A DNA stretch of 62,347 nt, filler included, from Deltaproteobacteria bacterium (GTDB lineage: Bacteria > JAUYMQ01), in assembly GCA_030698575.1 (NCBI GenBank). It is 9 parts of 9 records of this genome, joined end to end, with 100 filler letters (N's around TTAATTAATTAA, not from the genome) between each part and the next. Parts side by side here need not be neighbours in the genome. Positions count along the whole stretch, not along the records: positions 41,117 to 44,201 come from JAUYMQ010000588.1; positions 44,302 to 58,836 come from JAUYMQ010000591.1; 7 more parts are not named here. One strand, 5' to 3'. Position numbers and translations under genes: made by a program. Shown here one piece after another: positions 41,848 to 52,909 of this stretch. How positions within the stretch are numbered: the first letter of the stretch is position 1; every line of letters starts with the position of its first letter. The notes beneath the pieces were generated by a model. It ran no database searches and had not been told where the DNA came from. It saw only the letters and a program-made list of their open reading frames with translations.

Positions 41848-43305
41848 TTACACCGTCCTCGAGAATCCGGCCTGCGTCGCGGGTTTCAGGTGGGCGTCGA
41901 AGGCCATCGCGATGTTCCGGACCAGAAGGCGCCCCAGCGGGAGAACGGTAACACGGTCGTCGCCAAGGGCCACGAGGCCGTCGGCGGCCATCGGCTCGAG
42001 GGCGCGGATCCCGTCGGCGAAGTCGCGGTCGAAGTCGATGCCGAATTTTCCCTCGATCTCGGATTTCACCACCACGAAGTGGCACATGAGCCGGCGAATC
42101 ACCTCGCGCCGCAGAACGTCGTCGTCGGTCAGGAGAATCCCCCGCTCCGTCGGTATCTCGCCCCGCGCCACGCGGGGCTCATAGCCCTCCAGCGTCTTGT
42201 GGTTCTGGGCGTAGCAGCGGCCGACCTGGCTGATCGCCGAGACGCCGAAGGCGAGCATGTCGCAGCCGAGCCGGGTCGAGTACCCCTGGAAGTTGCGGGT
42301 GAGCGTGCGCTCGCTCATGGCCACGGTCAGCTCGTCGTCCGGCCGCGCGAAGTGATCCATGCCGATATACACGTAGCCGGCTTCCGTGAACCCCTCGATG
42401 GCCAGCTCGAGGATGTCGAGCTTCGTGTCCGGCGAGGGGAGCGTGGCCGGATCGATGGCCCGATGGTGGCGGAACATCTGCGGGAGATAGGCGAAGTTGA
42501 AGAGCGCGATGCGATCGGGGCCCAGCCGGGCGATCTCGTCGACGGTGCGCGCGAAGCTCTCCTTCGTCTGGTGGGGGAGCCCGTAGATCAGATCCATGTT
42601 GATGCTCTGGAACCCGCGCTCGCGGCACTCCTCCAGCACCGCGGCGGTCTGATCCTTCGTCTGGATCCGGTGCACCGCGGCCTGCACCTGCTTGTCAAGA
42701 TCCTGGACCCCCATGCTGGCCCGGTTGAAACCGCATCGTTGGAGCACTTCGAGATGGTCCGGGTCGATCTCGCGGGGGTTCAGCTCGATGCCCATCTCGA
42801 TGTCGTCGGCGAAGTCGAGGTTCGCCCGGAGGTAGTCGACAAGACGGGCGAGGATGGGGGCGGGTGTGTGCGTGGGCGTTCCGCCGCCCCAGTGGAGCTG
42901 GACGACCTTGCGTCCTCGCGAGAGCAGGGCGCTCACACGCTCGATTTCACGGCCGACGAGATCGACGTACCAGGCGTCCCGGTCCCGCTTGTGCGTCCAG
43001 ATCACGTTGCAGGCGCAGAAGGTGCAGGGCGTGCCGCAGAAGGGGAGGTGGACGTAGATCGAGAGCGGACGGTCGGGCGCCTCCCGGTCCGAAGCCAGGA
43101 CGGCGGCCTCGTAGTCGCCTGCGGTGAAGCCTTCGTGAAAGAGATTGGCGGTCGGGTAGGACGTATAGCGCGGCCCGGGCCGATCGTAGCGACGAAGAAT
43201 CTCCCGGTTGAAGGCGGGCTTCTCCCACGAGAGGGCGTCTCTCACTTCTCCCGCCGGGGTACCCGCCGCCCCTTCACGGCTCGCATCGGTTGGTGCGTCA
43301 GCCAT
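41848..43305 (-). CDS. hemN: Oxygen-independent coproporphyrinogen III oxidase
   Basis: GPRYTSYPTA, HLPFCGTPCTFCAC (radical SAM), GGGTPT, IGMDHFA, RNFQGYST. Confidence 0.96.
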   Translation of the reverse strand: MADAPTDASREGAAGTPAGEVRDALSWEKPAFNREILRRYDRPGPRYTSYPTANLFHEGFTAGDYEAAVLASDREAPDRPLSIYVHLPFCGTPCTFCACNVIWTHKRDRDAWYVDLVGREIERVSALLSRGRKVVQLHWGGGTPTHTPAPILARLVDYLRANLDFADDIEMGIELNPREIDPDHLEVLQRCGFNRASMGVQDLDKQVQAAVHRIQTKDQTAAVLEECRERGFQSINMDLIYGLPHQTKESFARTVDEIARLGPDRIALFNFAYLPQMFRHHRAIDPATLPSPDTKLDILELAIEGFTEAGYVYIGMDHFARPDDELTVAMSERTLTRNFQGYSTRLGCDMLAFGVSAISQVGRCYAQNHKTLEGYEPRVARGEIPTERGILLTDDDVLRREVIRRLMCHFVVVKSEIEGKFGIDFDRDFADGIRALEPMAADGLVALGDDRVTVLPLGRLLVRNIAMAFDAHLKPATQAGFSRTV

Positions 43306-43637
43306 CAGCCTCTTCTCCTGTCATCGTCTTCTCCGGGGGGGGCCACTGCCACGGTGCCCCCGTGATCCTCCCGTAAAGTTAGCAGGAAGCATGCCGGAGC
43401 GGCGCCCCCGCCGGGGCCATAGGATTTCTCCCCGCGGGGCAACGAATATTGCTTGTCGGAAAGGATCCCGCGTCGCGGGGAGGTCCAGGAGGATCGCAAT
43501 ATTTGCGCGGCCATCGGGGTGCGCGGTCGCCGGGGAGATCGTTCGAAGGAGCCTACTCGCCGGTCCCCGGGAACGCCAACGTAAAGAGGCACAGGCCCTG
43601 GGGGCCTGCGCCTCACGGACTGCCCTGTACCCGCCGC

Positions 43638-44201
43638 TTACTTGATGTGGCAGGTGAGGCAGACTGCGCTGCCCGTATTGTTCACCCTCAGGAACGGGCG
43701 GAGTTCTTTCGCCTCGGCCGCGGTGTCGCTCAGATGCGGCTCGTGGCAGGACGCACACTGAACCTTATCCGATTCGAACGTGCGAATCCCGTTGGGAAAC
43801 TCCCGCGCGCTCCCCGGTGTTCCCGGAGGCTGGTTGAACGCCGGATCCTGGCCGGCCGTCGGGTAGACCATCGAGATCGGATGGTCGTTCGAAAGATCCG
43901 TGCCGATGAGGCCCGCCGGATTCCCGAAAGCATTTGCCACCACGACCATGGTGGTCGGCTTGTCAAGGACGAAGCCGAATATCTCGAACGAGTAGTTCAG
44001 GCTGAAGGACGGATTGTTCAGGAAGGTGGCATTTTCGCTGCCGCTGACCGTGTAGCCTGCCACACCGCCCGGGCCCGGCGCGTTCACCAGGCTGTCGAAG
44101 GCGACGGTTCCGTCGTGGCAGCTCAGGCAGCCGACGGATCCGCCGTCCGGTTGCCCGGGCGTGGTGTCCATCGTCGAGCTGGTATACACGACGTAGGACG
44201 T
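43638..44201 (-). CDS. Multiheme c-type cytochrome (OmcE-like), 5'-truncated
   Basis: CLSCHDG, GTDLSNDHP, CASCHEPH, PFLR, CLTCHIK. Confidence 0.88.
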   Translation of the reverse strand, partial: TSYVVYTSSTMDTTPGQPDGGSVGCLSCHDGTVAFDSLVNAPGPGGVAGYTVSGSENATFLNNPSFSLNYSFEIFGFVLDKPTTMVVVANAFGNPAGLIGTDLSNDHPISMVYPTAGQDPAFNQPPGTPGSAREFPNGIRTFESDKVQCASCHEPHLSDTAAEAKELRPFLRVNNTGSAVCLTCHIK

Positions 44202-44301
44202 NNNNNNNNNNNNNNNNNNNNNNNNNNNNNNNNNNNNNNNNNNNNTTAATTAATTAANNNNNNNNNNNNNNNNNNNNNNNNNNNNNNNNNNNNNNNNNNN
44301 N

Positions 44302-44841
44302 CGGATAGGGAAGGTACTTGCGCGCGAACTCGAGGGGGAAGTTGTGCCCCAGCGGCTCGTTGAAGATTGCAACGCCGCCTGGCTTCAACACACGGTAGAG
44401 CGCGTCACGCGACCCCGGCAGATCAACATGGTGGAGCACGCCGAACCCGACCGCGATGTCGAAGAAATTGTCGGGGTAGCGCATATTCTCGAACGTCATT
44501 TCCTCCGGATGAACTCTGTCGCCCACGCCGTTCACATCGGCCACGCGGATGGCGTGAGCAATCATCTCTTTCGTAATGTCGAAGGACCAGACCTCGGCGC
44601 CGGCTCGCGCGAAAAGCACGCTCACCCAGCCGGTCCCGCAGCCGCACTCGAGAAGGCGCTTCCCCTTGATGTCGCCGAGGATGTCGACCAGTCCGGGGCC
44701 CTCGGCGAACTTGCCGGAACCGAAGTAGGACCGGTAGTCGCCGCGCACCTTGAGCTTCTCGTCCGGGACCTGCTTTCGCCGGACGTAGTCGCCCCAGAAG
44801 GCTCGCTCCTTGTCATGCCGTGTGTCGCCTTCCGTTGCCAT
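44302..44841 (-). CDS. Class I SAM-dependent methyltransferase, 3'-truncated
   Basis: LLECGCGTG, GVLHH, RVLKPGG. Confidence 0.9.
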
Positions 44842-44892
44842 GCCGCCTCCTGCCCCCTGTTCTGCTGCCGCTACGCCGCCCTGGCCCGCGCC

Positions 44893-46416
44893 TCAGCCGG
44901 ACCGCCCGCCGCGCCCGCGTGTTGCGCGCGCCAGAATCTCGGAGATCCGCGCCGCCCCCTCGAGCAGCGGTATGACCTCCACCTTACCGCCATAACGCGC
45001 CACGAGATCGTGCCCCACGACCTCCTCGGGCGCGTAGGTCGCCCCTTTCACCAAAACATCGGGCCGGATTCGCTGGATGATCTTCCGCGGCGTTTCTTCA
45101 CCGAAGACGACGACATAGTTCACGCTGTCCAGTGCCGCGAGCACCTGGGCTCGCTCCGTGGCGGGAAGCAGCGGGCGCCCCTTTCCCTTGATACGCCGGA
45201 TCGACGCGTCGTCGTTGATGCCCAGCACCAGCAGATCGCCGAACCGCCGGGCCTGGTCCAGCAGATGGATGTGCCCCGCGTGGAGCAGGTCGAAACATCC
45301 GTTTGTGAAAACCACCCGGAGCCCCGCGCGCCTGGCCGCGGCAACGCGATCCGCCAGGACCTCGAGCGATACGAGCTTCCCGGCTCCCGGGCCGCGCCGC
45401 TCCACCGCCTGACTCAACTCATCCGCCGTGATCGTGGCTGCTCCCACGCGGCCCACGACGATCCCCGACGCAACGTTCGCGAGCCGGGCGGCGGCTTCCA
45501 TCGGTGCGCCGGCCGCGTGGGCCAGCGCCAACGTCGAGAGAAAGGTGTCACCTGCGCCGGTCACGTCAAAGACTTCCGCTTTCTCGGCCGGAACGTGCGT
45601 CATCGTCGCCGGTGGCCTGAAGACGAAGGCGCCCTCCCCGCCCCGCGTGATCACAACCCCCCGGCAGGCGGCCAGAGCGACGATACGCTCGGCGGCGCGC
45701 CTGAGGCCTCCCTCCACCGTCACGTCCGCGCCGGTGGCCCGCTCGGCCTCTGCCTGGTTCGGAACGATCGCCGTCGCCCCGCGGTACTTCGCGAAGCTCG
45801 ATCCCTTGGGGCCGACCATCACGGGAACCCCTGCCCTTGCCGCGCCGTCCAGCGCCGCCCGCAGCACCTTCTCGGTGAGCACACCCTTGGCGTAGTCGCT
45901 GATGACAACGACGTCCGAGCGCCCGGCCCGCGAGGCCACGCGCGCCGCGATACCGGCTTCCGATTTGCCCGAAAGCGGGGCGGCGTCTTCGTGATCAATC
46001 CGGATCAGCTGCTGCCGCTGCGCGACAATCCGCGTCTTCTGCGTCGTCGGGCGCTTCGCCTCGAGCAGGACGCCCGGAACGCTCACCCCCAGGCGCCGGA
46101 GATCAGCCCGTGCCCGCTCGCCCGCCTCGTCACGCCCCAGGACGCCTATGCATTCCACGCGCGCTCCGAGGCGCGCCAGGTTGTGCGCCACGTTCGCCGC
46201 GCCGCCGAGAACCCAGCTCTCTTCGGCCTTCGTCAGAACCGGCACGGGCGCTTCGGGCGATACGCGGTTGATATCCCCGCGCAGGTAGTGATCCACCATG
46301 AGATCGCCGACGACGAGGGCCCTGAGGCCGTTCATCCGCGCCAGGAGGGAGGCGAGATCGCCCATGTCCCCGGCGCCGCCCTTCCTCGCCCGCTTGCTGG
46401 TTCGCTTTCCGGCCAT
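44893..46416 (-). CDS. hldE: Bifunctional heptose 7-phosphate kinase / heptose 1-phosphate adenylyltransferase
   Basis: RVSPEAPVPV, GGAANVA, DVTGAGDT, TNGCFDLLHAGH, DVLVKG. Confidence 0.95.
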   Translation of the reverse strand: MAGKRTSKRARKGGAGDMGDLASLLARMNGLRALVVGDLMVDHYLRGDINRVSPEAPVPVLTKAEESWVLGGAANVAHNLARLGARVECIGVLGRDEAGERARADLRRLGVSVPGVLLEAKRPTTQKTRIVAQRQQLIRIDHEDAAPLSGKSEAGIAARVASRAGRSDVVVISDYAKGVLTEKVLRAALDGAARAGVPVMVGPKGSSFAKYRGATAIVPNQAEAERATGADVTVEGGLRRAAERIVALAACRGVVITRGGEGAFVFRPPATMTHVPAEKAEVFDVTGAGDTFLSTLALAHAAGAPMEAAARLANVASGIVVGRVGAATITADELSQAVERRGPGAGKLVSLEVLADRVAAARRAGLRVVFTNGCFDLLHAGHIHLLDQARRFGDLLVLGINDDASIRRIKGKGRPLLPATERAQVLAALDSVNYVVVFGEETPRKIIQRIRPDVLVKGATYAPEEVVGHDLVARYGGKVEVIPLLEGAARISEILARATRGRGGRSG

Positions 46417-46424
46417 GACCCCTC

Positions 46425-47528
46425 CTACGCGAAGCAGGATCGGACCGCTTCCGCGACGTAGGCCCGCGCATCTTCCGGGAGTTCAGGATAGATGGGCAGC
46501 GAAACGGTCTCCCGCGCCGCGCGCTCGGACTCCGGGAAATCCCCCTCACGGTGCCCGAGCGAGGCGAAACACTTCTGCAGGTGCAACGGCAGGGGATAAT
46601 AAAGCGCGTGGCCGATCCCCTTCGCCGAGAGCTGCTTCACCAGGCCGTCCCGGTCGGGCACGCGAATCGTGTACTGATTGTAGACATGCAGATTTCCCTC
46701 ACGCGCCACCGGCCGTCCGATTTCCGTGACGTCGGCGAAGGCGCCGTCGTAGAAGGCTGCGTGCGCCGCCCTTCCCGCACTCCATCGGTCGAGATGGGGG
46801 AGCTTCGCGAGGAGGACCGCGGCCTGAAGCGTGTCGAGCCGGCTGTTCACCCCGACGAGCGAGTGGAAGTACTTCGGCTGGCTGCCGTGGACGCGAAGAA
46901 TGCGCATCCGCTCGGCCAGCGCCGGATCGTTGCAGACCGCCATGCCGCCGTCGCCAAAGCAGCCCAGATTCTTGGACGGGAAGAAGCTGAAGCAACCGAT
47001 GTCCCCGAGACTCCCCGCCCGTCTGCCTTGCTGTTCAGCACCGATGGCCTGTGCGGCGTCCTCGACGATTGCGATGCCGCGCCGCTTCGCCAGATCCGTG
47101 ATTGGCCCCATGTCCGCGCACTGGCCGAACAGATGCACCGGAATGATAGCCTTCGTTCGCGCGGTGATGGCGCTCTCGAGCCGATCGGGATCGAGATTGT
47201 AGGTATCAGGCTGGATGTCGACGAACACCGGCTTGGCGCCGACGTTCCAGATGGCGCCGGCGGTGGCGAAGAAGGTGTAGGGAACCGTGACGACCTCGTC
47301 GCCCGGCCCCACTTCAAGGGCGCGCAGGGCCAGATAGAGCGCGTCGGTGCCCGAAGCGCATCCCACGCCCGCGGCCGTCCCGGAATAGTCGGCGATCGCT
47401 TTTTCGAGCCGGCCCACCTGGCCGCCCAGGATGAAATTCTGCGCATCGAGGACTTCCTCCATAGAGGCGCGGACGTCGTCCTTGATTGTCTCGTACTGCG
47501 CTTTGAGATCGAGAAGAGATACCTTCAC
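46425..47528 (-). CDS. DegT/DnrJ/EryC1 aminotransferase (WbpE-like)
   Basis: SGTDAL, EDAAQAIGA, SFFPSKNLGCFGDGG, NSRLDTLQAA. Confidence 0.95.
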   Translation of the reverse strand: MKVSLLDLKAQYETIKDDVRASMEEVLDAQNFILGGQVGRLEKAIADYSGTAAGVGCASGTDALYLALRALEVGPGDEVVTVPYTFFATAGAIWNVGAKPVFVDIQPDTYNLDPDRLESAITARTKAIIPVHLFGQCADMGPITDLAKRRGIAIVEDAAQAIGAEQQGRRAGSLGDIGCFSFFPSKNLGCFGDGGMAVCNDPALAERMRILRVHGSQPKYFHSLVGVNSRLDTLQAAVLLAKLPHLDRWSAGRAAHAAFYDGAFADVTEIGRPVAREGNLHVYNQYTIRVPDRDGLVKQLSAKGIGHALYYPLPLHLQKCFASLGHREGDFPESERAARETVSLPIYPELPEDARAYVAEAVRSCFA

Positions 47529-47532
47529 GCCG

Positions 47533-48168
47533 TCATCCCTCCGCTACTTGCTTGCGCACGGGCCCGCCCGTGCAGTGAATGGCACCGGAGCGCATCTCGT
47601 AGACGCGCCCGCACTCCGCACACCGTGCTTCCCGCTCGGCGTCGCTGGCTTTCAGCGGCAGCTTCAGGCCGCACTCGCAGGCGTAGCCGTGAAGCCGCGC
47701 CGGATTGCCCACGACGACGGCGTAGTCCGGCACGTCCTTGGTGACCACCGCCCCTGCCCCCACGAAGGAGTAACGCCCCAGCGTAGAGCCGCAGATGATG
47801 GTGGCGTTCGCGCCTATGGTCGCACCCTTTCGGACCAGCGTCCGGTGATAGTCCTCGGGGCGGTTGCGCGGCGTGCCCGAACGCGGCGTAACGATATTCG
47901 TGAAGACCATGCTCGGGCCGCAGAAGACCTCGTCTTCAAGGATCACGCCGGTGTAGATCGAAACGTTGTTCTGGATCTTCACGTCGTCGCCGATCACCAC
48001 CCCCGGCGAGATCACCACGTTCTGGCCAAGGTTGCATCGCCGCCCGATCTTCGAGCCCTTCATGACATGGGAGAAGTGCCAGATTTTCGTCCCCTCGCCG
48101 ATCTCGGCGCCCTCGTCCACGCAGGCGGAGTCGTGCGCGAACCAGCGACCTTCGCCCGTCCCGCTCAT
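47533..48168 (-). CDS. Hexapeptide N-acetyltransferase (WbpD-like)
   Basis: [35 protein letters not shown]; real gene is only the C-terminal part of the 528-aa ORF. Confidence 0.93.
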   Translation of the reverse strand: MSGTGEGRWFAHDSACVDEGAEIGEGTKIWHFSHVMKGSKIGRRCNLGQNVVISPGVVIGDDVKIQNNVSIYTGVILEDEVFCGPSMVFTNIVTPRSGTPRNRPEDYHRTLVRKGATIGANATIICGSTLGRYSFVGAGAVVTKDVPDYAVVVGNPARLHGYACECGLKLPLKASDAEREARCAECGRVYEMRSGAIHCTGGPVRKQVAEG

Positions 48169-49226
48169 GAGGTGGCCTTTCCGCGCAGCGCGGCGCCCCG
48201 CGGCTCGGTGAGGGTCATCGGCCGCCCGCCCTCCGCCAGCGAATGGTGCGCGGCCTCGAGCACCCTGACGACGCGCAGCCCCTCCTGGCCGCTCGTGCGG
48301 GGGGTCCGTCCCGTCTCGATACACTCGACGAAGTGCGCGCACTCGCGGCGCAGCGGCTCCGTCATGTCGAGGTGGGGGATGAAGATGTCGCCCTGCCTGA
48401 GCGTGATCGCTTCGTTGTAGGACGCGTAACCCCCGACCTCGGCCCCCTTGTCGTAGATCTTGATCTTCTCTGAAGCCTCCATGTCGTCGAACACGACCAT
48501 CTTTTTCGACCCCACGATCGTCATCTTTCGCATCTTGTGGGGGTCGAGCCAGCTCACGTGGATCTGGGCCATCCGCCCGTCGGGAAAATGCAGGTTCACG
48601 AAGACCACGTCCTGGACGCCGGGGCGAAGGTAGGACTCGCCTCGCGCGCTGACCGTTTCGGGATCGTCCCGGAACAGGTGGAGGATCACCGACACGTCGT
48701 GGGGGGCGAGGCTCCACCAGGCATTCTCGTCCTTGCGGACCACGCCGAGGTTGAGGCGCTGGGTGTACATATAATGAATGTCGCCCAGCTCGCCCGACTC
48801 CACGAGCATCTCGAGCTTGTCCACGGCGGGGTGATAGAGCAGAAGGTGACCCACCATGAGCTTCAGATCCCGCTCGGCGGCCAGCTTCACGAGCGCGGCG
48901 GCGTCCGCCGACTCCATTGTCAGCGGCTTCTCCACGTAAACGTGCTTGCCCGCCTCGAGCGCAGCCTTCGCGATGCGGAAGTGGGTGGGCGCGTCGGTGG
49001 CGATGGCGACGCCATTCACCTCGTCGCTTGCCAGAACCTCTTCGAGTTTCGTCGTGACGCGGGTCTCGGGGTGCTGGGCCGCGATGCGACCGAGGGTCGC
49101 CTCGTTCAGATCGCAGCACCAGGAGAGCCTGGCGCCCTTCAGCCCCGCGAAGTTCCGGACGAGGTTCTTCCCCCAGCCTCCCGCACCGATGACGGCGATC
49201 TGTATCTCGCCCAACCTGACCTCCAT
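48165..49226 (-). CDS. Gfo/Idh/MocA oxidoreductase (WbpB-like)
   Basis: [21 protein letters not shown]. Confidence 0.92.
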   Translation of the reverse strand: MEVRLGEIQIAVIGAGGWGKNLVRNFAGLKGARLSWCCDLNEATLGRIAAQHPETRVTTKLEEVLASDEVNGVAIATDAPTHFRIAKAALEAGKHVYVEKPLTMESADAAALVKLAAERDLKLMVGHLLLYHPAVDKLEMLVESGELGDIHYMYTQRLNLGVVRKDENAWWSLAPHDVSVILHLFRDDPETVSARGESYLRPGVQDVVFVNLHFPDGRMAQIHVSWLDPHKMRKMTIVGSKKMVVFDDMEASEKIKIYDKGAEVGGYASYNEAITLRQGDIFIPHLDMTEPLRRECAHFVECIETGRTPRTSGQEGLRVVRVLEAAHHSLAEGGRPMTLTEPRGAALRGKATS

Positions 49227-49242
49227 GGCCGGATGGCGCCTG

Positions 49243-50148
49243 TCAGGCGCCGTCCTGCACTGCAGCGCCGCGCGCAGGGGCGTCACGCCTGCACGCCACG
49301 CGCTCGCGTACGTCGTCGAGAATCGCGTAGGGGATGCGCCCGCCGCCGCGCGTCCGTCCCAGTCGCACGTTCGTCTTCCGGTCGCCGTGAAAATCCGAGC
49401 CCCCCGTCGGAACGAGGGACAGCCGCCGCGCTATGCGCACGCAGGCGGCCGTCGCAGCTTCGTCGTGCGCGCTCGTGAAGCATTCGAGCCCCTCGAGCCC
49501 CGCGTCGACCAGGCTCGCGAGGAACGCTTCCAGCTCGTCGTGATCGCGCGTCCGAACGAAGGCCGGATGCGCCACCGATGCGAGCCCGCCCGCATCGCGG
49601 ATGAGTGTCACGGCCTCCTCCGCGCTCACTGCCTCCCGCGGCGCGTAGCCGGGGCCGCCTTCCTTCAGGTATCGCGCGAAAGCCTCCTCGATCGAACCGA
49701 CGTAGCCGCGGGCCACCATCGCGCTGGCGATGTGAGGACGGCCCAGGCTCCCTTCTCCGGAGATGCGGCGCACTTCATCGAGATCCAGCGGCATGCCGAG
49801 CGACTCGAGCTTCTCCAGCACCCGCGCAGCACGCGATTGGCGGGCATCCCGCTGACGGGCCAGGACGAGTTGCAGGGGGGACTCCGGCGCCTCACCGCCG
49901 CTCACGTCCAGCCCCAGCACGTGAACTTCGCCGTGCTTCGAGCGGGCGCTGATCTCCACACCCGCGATGATCTCCACGCCCTCCTCCCGACCAGCCTCCC
50001 GCGCCTCGGCTAGCCCGTCGAGAACGTCGTGATCCGTGAGGGCGATGGCCGCCAGGCCCGCCTTGCGCGCCTCCGCGACCAACCTCCGGGGATCGAGCGT
50101 CCCGTCGGAGAAAGTCGAGTGCGTATGAAGATCGACGAAACGGCTCAT
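49243..50148 (-). CDS. PHP-domain phosphoesterase
   Basis: DLHTHSTFSDG, ALTDHD, AHP, GGSDFHG. Confidence 0.92.
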   Translation of the reverse strand: MSRFVDLHTHSTFSDGTLDPRRLVAEARKAGLAAIALTDHDVLDGLAEAREAGREEGVEIIAGVEISARSKHGEVHVLGLDVSGGEAPESPLQLVLARQRDARQSRAARVLEKLESLGMPLDLDEVRRISGEGSLGRPHIASAMVARGYVGSIEEAFARYLKEGGPGYAPREAVSAEEAVTLIRDAGGLASVAHPAFVRTRDHDELEAFLASLVDAGLEGLECFTSAHDEAATAACVRIARRLSLVPTGGSDFHGDRKTNVRLGRTRGGGRIPYAILDDVRERVACRRDAPARGAAVQDGA

Positions 50149-50206
50149 TGATACGCTTCCCTGTGGGCGTCCGGGAAAGTCCCCGCCGGCGAGCGGCGCC
50201 GCGGTC

Positions 50207-50848
50207 TCACTCGTCGGAGCCTCTCGCTCCGCCTTCGCGCTCGAGATAGCCCAGTCGCTCGAGCCGCTTCTTGATCTCGGACTCTTCTCCGGCGCTGTAG
50301 GCTCCGCCGCCAATGGAGGGCGCGGGGAGGTGGCCCAGGCGTTCGAGTGTGGCGAGCACCCTCTCTGCCGACTTGTCGGCGCTTTCCTGATCGGTCTCCA
50401 CCACCAGTTCCGCCGAGAGCGGCTCCTCGTAGGGATCCGAAACTCCGGTGAACTCCTTGATCTCCCCCTTGATGGCTTTCTCGTAGAGCCCTTTCACGTC
50501 GCGCTCGATGCAGACGTCGAGGGGGCATTTCACGAACACCTCCACGAAGTTTCCGATCATCTCCCGCGCTTCATCCCGGATCCCCCGGTAAGGAGAGATC
50601 GCCGCCACCAGCACCGCCACGCCGTTGCGTGAAAGAAGATGCGACACGAAGGCTATGCGGCGGATGTTGGTGTCGCGATCCTCCCGCGAGAAACCGAGGC
50701 CCTTCGACAGATGCGTCCTGACCACGTCGCCGTCGAGAACCTCCACCTTGAGCCCGCGCTCCCGAAGGGTCTTCTCGACGACCTTCGAGACCGTTGTCTT
50801 TCCGGCGCCCGAGAGGCCGGTGAACCACAGTGTGAATCCCTGACTCAT
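50207..50848 (-). CDS. cysC: Adenylyl-sulfate kinase
   Basis: [36 protein letters not shown]; extra tail [12 protein letters not shown]. Confidence 0.95.
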   Translation of the reverse strand: MSQGFTLWFTGLSGAGKTTVSKVVEKTLRERGLKVEVLDGDVVRTHLSKGLGFSREDRDTNIRRIAFVSHLLSRNGVAVLVAAISPYRGIRDEAREMIGNFVEVFVKCPLDVCIERDVKGLYEKAIKGEIKEFTGVSDPYEEPLSAELVVETDQESADKSAERVLATLERLGHLPAPSIGGGAYSAGEESEIKKRLERLGYLEREGGARGSDE

Positions 50849-50930
50849 TTGCTTTCCTTCGCAGATTCCGGACCTCTCGGCCCTGGTTGAGGCGCGGAGC
50901 ACGGCGCCCGCCTGTCCCGGCGCGGCGGCG

Positions 50931-51107
50931 CTAGAACAGAGCGTAGATGAAGGGCGCGACGACGCTCTTCTCGGTAACGACGATCAGCACGCTCAAGGCC
51001 ACCATCATGAACAGGATGGGCCCGAGCCACCATTTCTTGCGTTCACGCATGAAAGCCCAGAGCTCGCCGAATATCGAGAGCCGCTTGAAACCATCCTTGA
51101 AACTCAT
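50931..51107 (-). CDS. DUF5989 / SxtK-like small membrane protein
   Basis: [31 protein letters not shown]...[15 protein letters not shown]; absent from the ORF track. Confidence 0.88.
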   Translation of the reverse strand: MSFKDGFKRLSIFGELWAFMRERKKWWLGPILFMMVALSVLIVVTEKSVVAPFIYALF

Positions 51108-51145
51108 TCTCGCTCCTTGTTGGCGGCCCGACCCCGGATGGGCGG

Positions 51146-52885
51146 TCAGTCCAGTTCGAACTGTGTGCGCCAGTCGACGTCCTCTCGAAGCGGCTCCATC
51201 TCCTTCTTGTCGAGAAGGAACCGATCGAGCACAAGATGATCCATGTTCGTTCGCATGAAGCAGAGGTAGGCGTCCGCCGGCGTGCAGACGATAGGCTCGC
51301 CGCGCACGTTGAAGGAGGTATTGATGATCACCGGGCAGCCCGTGAGATCGTCGAACGCCTTGATCAGATCGTAGTACAGCGGGTTCTGCTCCCGTGCGAC
51401 CGTCTGAATCCGCGCAGAGCCATCCAGGTGGGTCACTGAAGGAATCTCGCGCTTGTCGGGCCTCACCTGGGCGACGATCAACATGTAGGGGCTCTCGGAA
51501 TCCAGTTCGAAGTAGTCGGCGCAGCGCTCGCGCAGGACAGAGGGAGCAAAAGGCCGGAAACTCTCCCGGAACTTGATCTTGTGGTTAACGACGTCCTTGT
51601 TGTCGGGGTTGCGCGCGTCGGCGAGGATGCTGCGGTTTCCGAGCGCCCTCGGACCGAATTCCATTCTTCCATGGAACCAGCCGACGACGTTTTGATCCGC
51701 GATGAGCCGGGCCGTCCGCTTCACGAGCTCTTCGCGATCCAGCTCGTGGTGCTTGATGCCGTTGTCGACCAGATAGCTGCGGATCTCGTCCGTCGAGTAC
51801 CCGGGCCCCCAGTAGGCATGGGGCATGACCCACTTTCTCTCGTGATCGAGGATGTGGTGGTAAATGAAGCTCGCCACGCCCAGCGCGCCCCCGGCATCGC
51901 CGGCGGCCGGCTGTACGAAGAGCCGCTTGAAGGGCCCCTCGCGCAGCAGCCTCCCGTTCGCCACGCAGTTCAGGGCCACGCCTCCCGCCATGCAGAGGTT
52001 CTCCTGTCCGGTCACTTCGTGAAGATGACGGGCCATGCGGAGCACAACCTCCTCGGTAACCTTCTGGACGCTCGCCGCGAGATCCCAGTGCCGCTGCTCG
52101 AGCCGCGTCTCGGGCTCCCGGGGCGGGCCGCCGAAGAGCTTGTCGAACCGGCGGTTGGTCATCCTGAGGCCGTAGTCGTAGGCGAAATACTTCATGTTCA
52201 GCTTGAAGCTTCCGTCCTCCCGCAGGGTCAGCAGCTCGTCCATGATGAGATCGTAGTAGACCGGCTTTCCGTAGGGGGCGGCGCCCATGACCTTGTACTC
52301 GGCCGAGTTGACCTTGAAGCCAAGGTAATAGGTGAAAGCGCTGTAGAGAAGGCCCAGGGAGTGCGGGAACCGGATCTCCTTGAAGAGCTCGAGCTTGTTC
52401 CCCTTGCCCAGGCCGTAGCTGGCTGTCGCCCACTCCCCCACACCGTCGACGGTGAGCACCGCGGCCTCCTCGAAAGGACTCACCATGAAGGCGCTCGCCG
52501 CGTGCGACTGGTGGTGCTGGATGAAGAGCACTTCCCCCTCGAATTCCAGATCGCGCTTTATGTTGTGCCGTGTCCAGAGCTTCTCGCCGAGCCAGAGAGG
52601 AATGGCCTTCGAGAATGATCGGAAGGAGCGGGGGAAGGTCGAGAGGTAGGTGGTCACGATGCGCTCGAACTTCACCAGCGGCTTGTCGTAGAAGCCCACG
52701 TAGTCGAGATCGCCCACCCCGATGCCCGCCTCGCGGAGCACGAAGTTCACCGCGTGCTCGGGAAAATCAGAATCGTGTTTCTTTCGGGTGAACCGCTCCT
52801 CTGATGCGGCGGCCACGATTTCGCCGTCCCGCAGGAGGCAGGCCGCGCTGTCGTGGTAGAAAGCGGAGATGCCCAGGATGTGCAC
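51146..52885 (-). CDS. Carbamoyltransferase (NodU/CmcH family)
   Basis: ILGISAFYHDSAA, EERFTRKKH, HH.SHAASAF, GPRALGNRSI, RESFRPFAP, NTSFNVRGEP. Confidence 0.96.
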   Translation of the reverse strand: MHILGISAFYHDSAACLLRDGEIVAAASEERFTRKKHDSDFPEHAVNFVLREAGIGVGDLDYVGFYDKPLVKFERIVTTYLSTFPRSFRSFSKAIPLWLGEKLWTRHNIKRDLEFEGEVLFIQHHQSHAASAFMVSPFEEAAVLTVDGVGEWATASYGLGKGNKLELFKEIRFPHSLGLLYSAFTYYLGFKVNSAEYKVMGAAPYGKPVYYDLIMDELLTLREDGSFKLNMKYFAYDYGLRMTNRRFDKLFGGPPREPETRLEQRHWDLAASVQKVTEEVVLRMARHLHEVTGQENLCMAGGVALNCVANGRLLREGPFKRLFVQPAAGDAGGALGVASFIYHHILDHERKWVMPHAYWGPGYSTDEIRSYLVDNGIKHHELDREELVKRTARLIADQNVVGWFHGRMEFGPRALGNRSILADARNPDNKDVVNHKIKFRESFRPFAPSVLRERCADYFELDSESPYMLIVAQVRPDKREIPSVTHLDGSARIQTVAREQNPLYYDLIKAFDDLTGCPVIINTSFNVRGEPIVCTPADAYLCFMRTNMDHLVLDRFLLDKKEMEPLREDVDWRTQFELD

Positions 52886-52909
52886 TTCTCCCTCCAGTGG
52901 TTCCCTGCC

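Noticed and set aside
41803-46461. Long plus-strand ORFs 41803..43365 and 44344..46461
   Set aside because: Antisense shadows of hemN and of hldE/methyltransferase
47533-49119. 528-aa ORF suggesting an acetyltransferase fusion
   Set aside because: The N-terminal part is an off-frame overlap of the oxidoreductase; the real start is 48168
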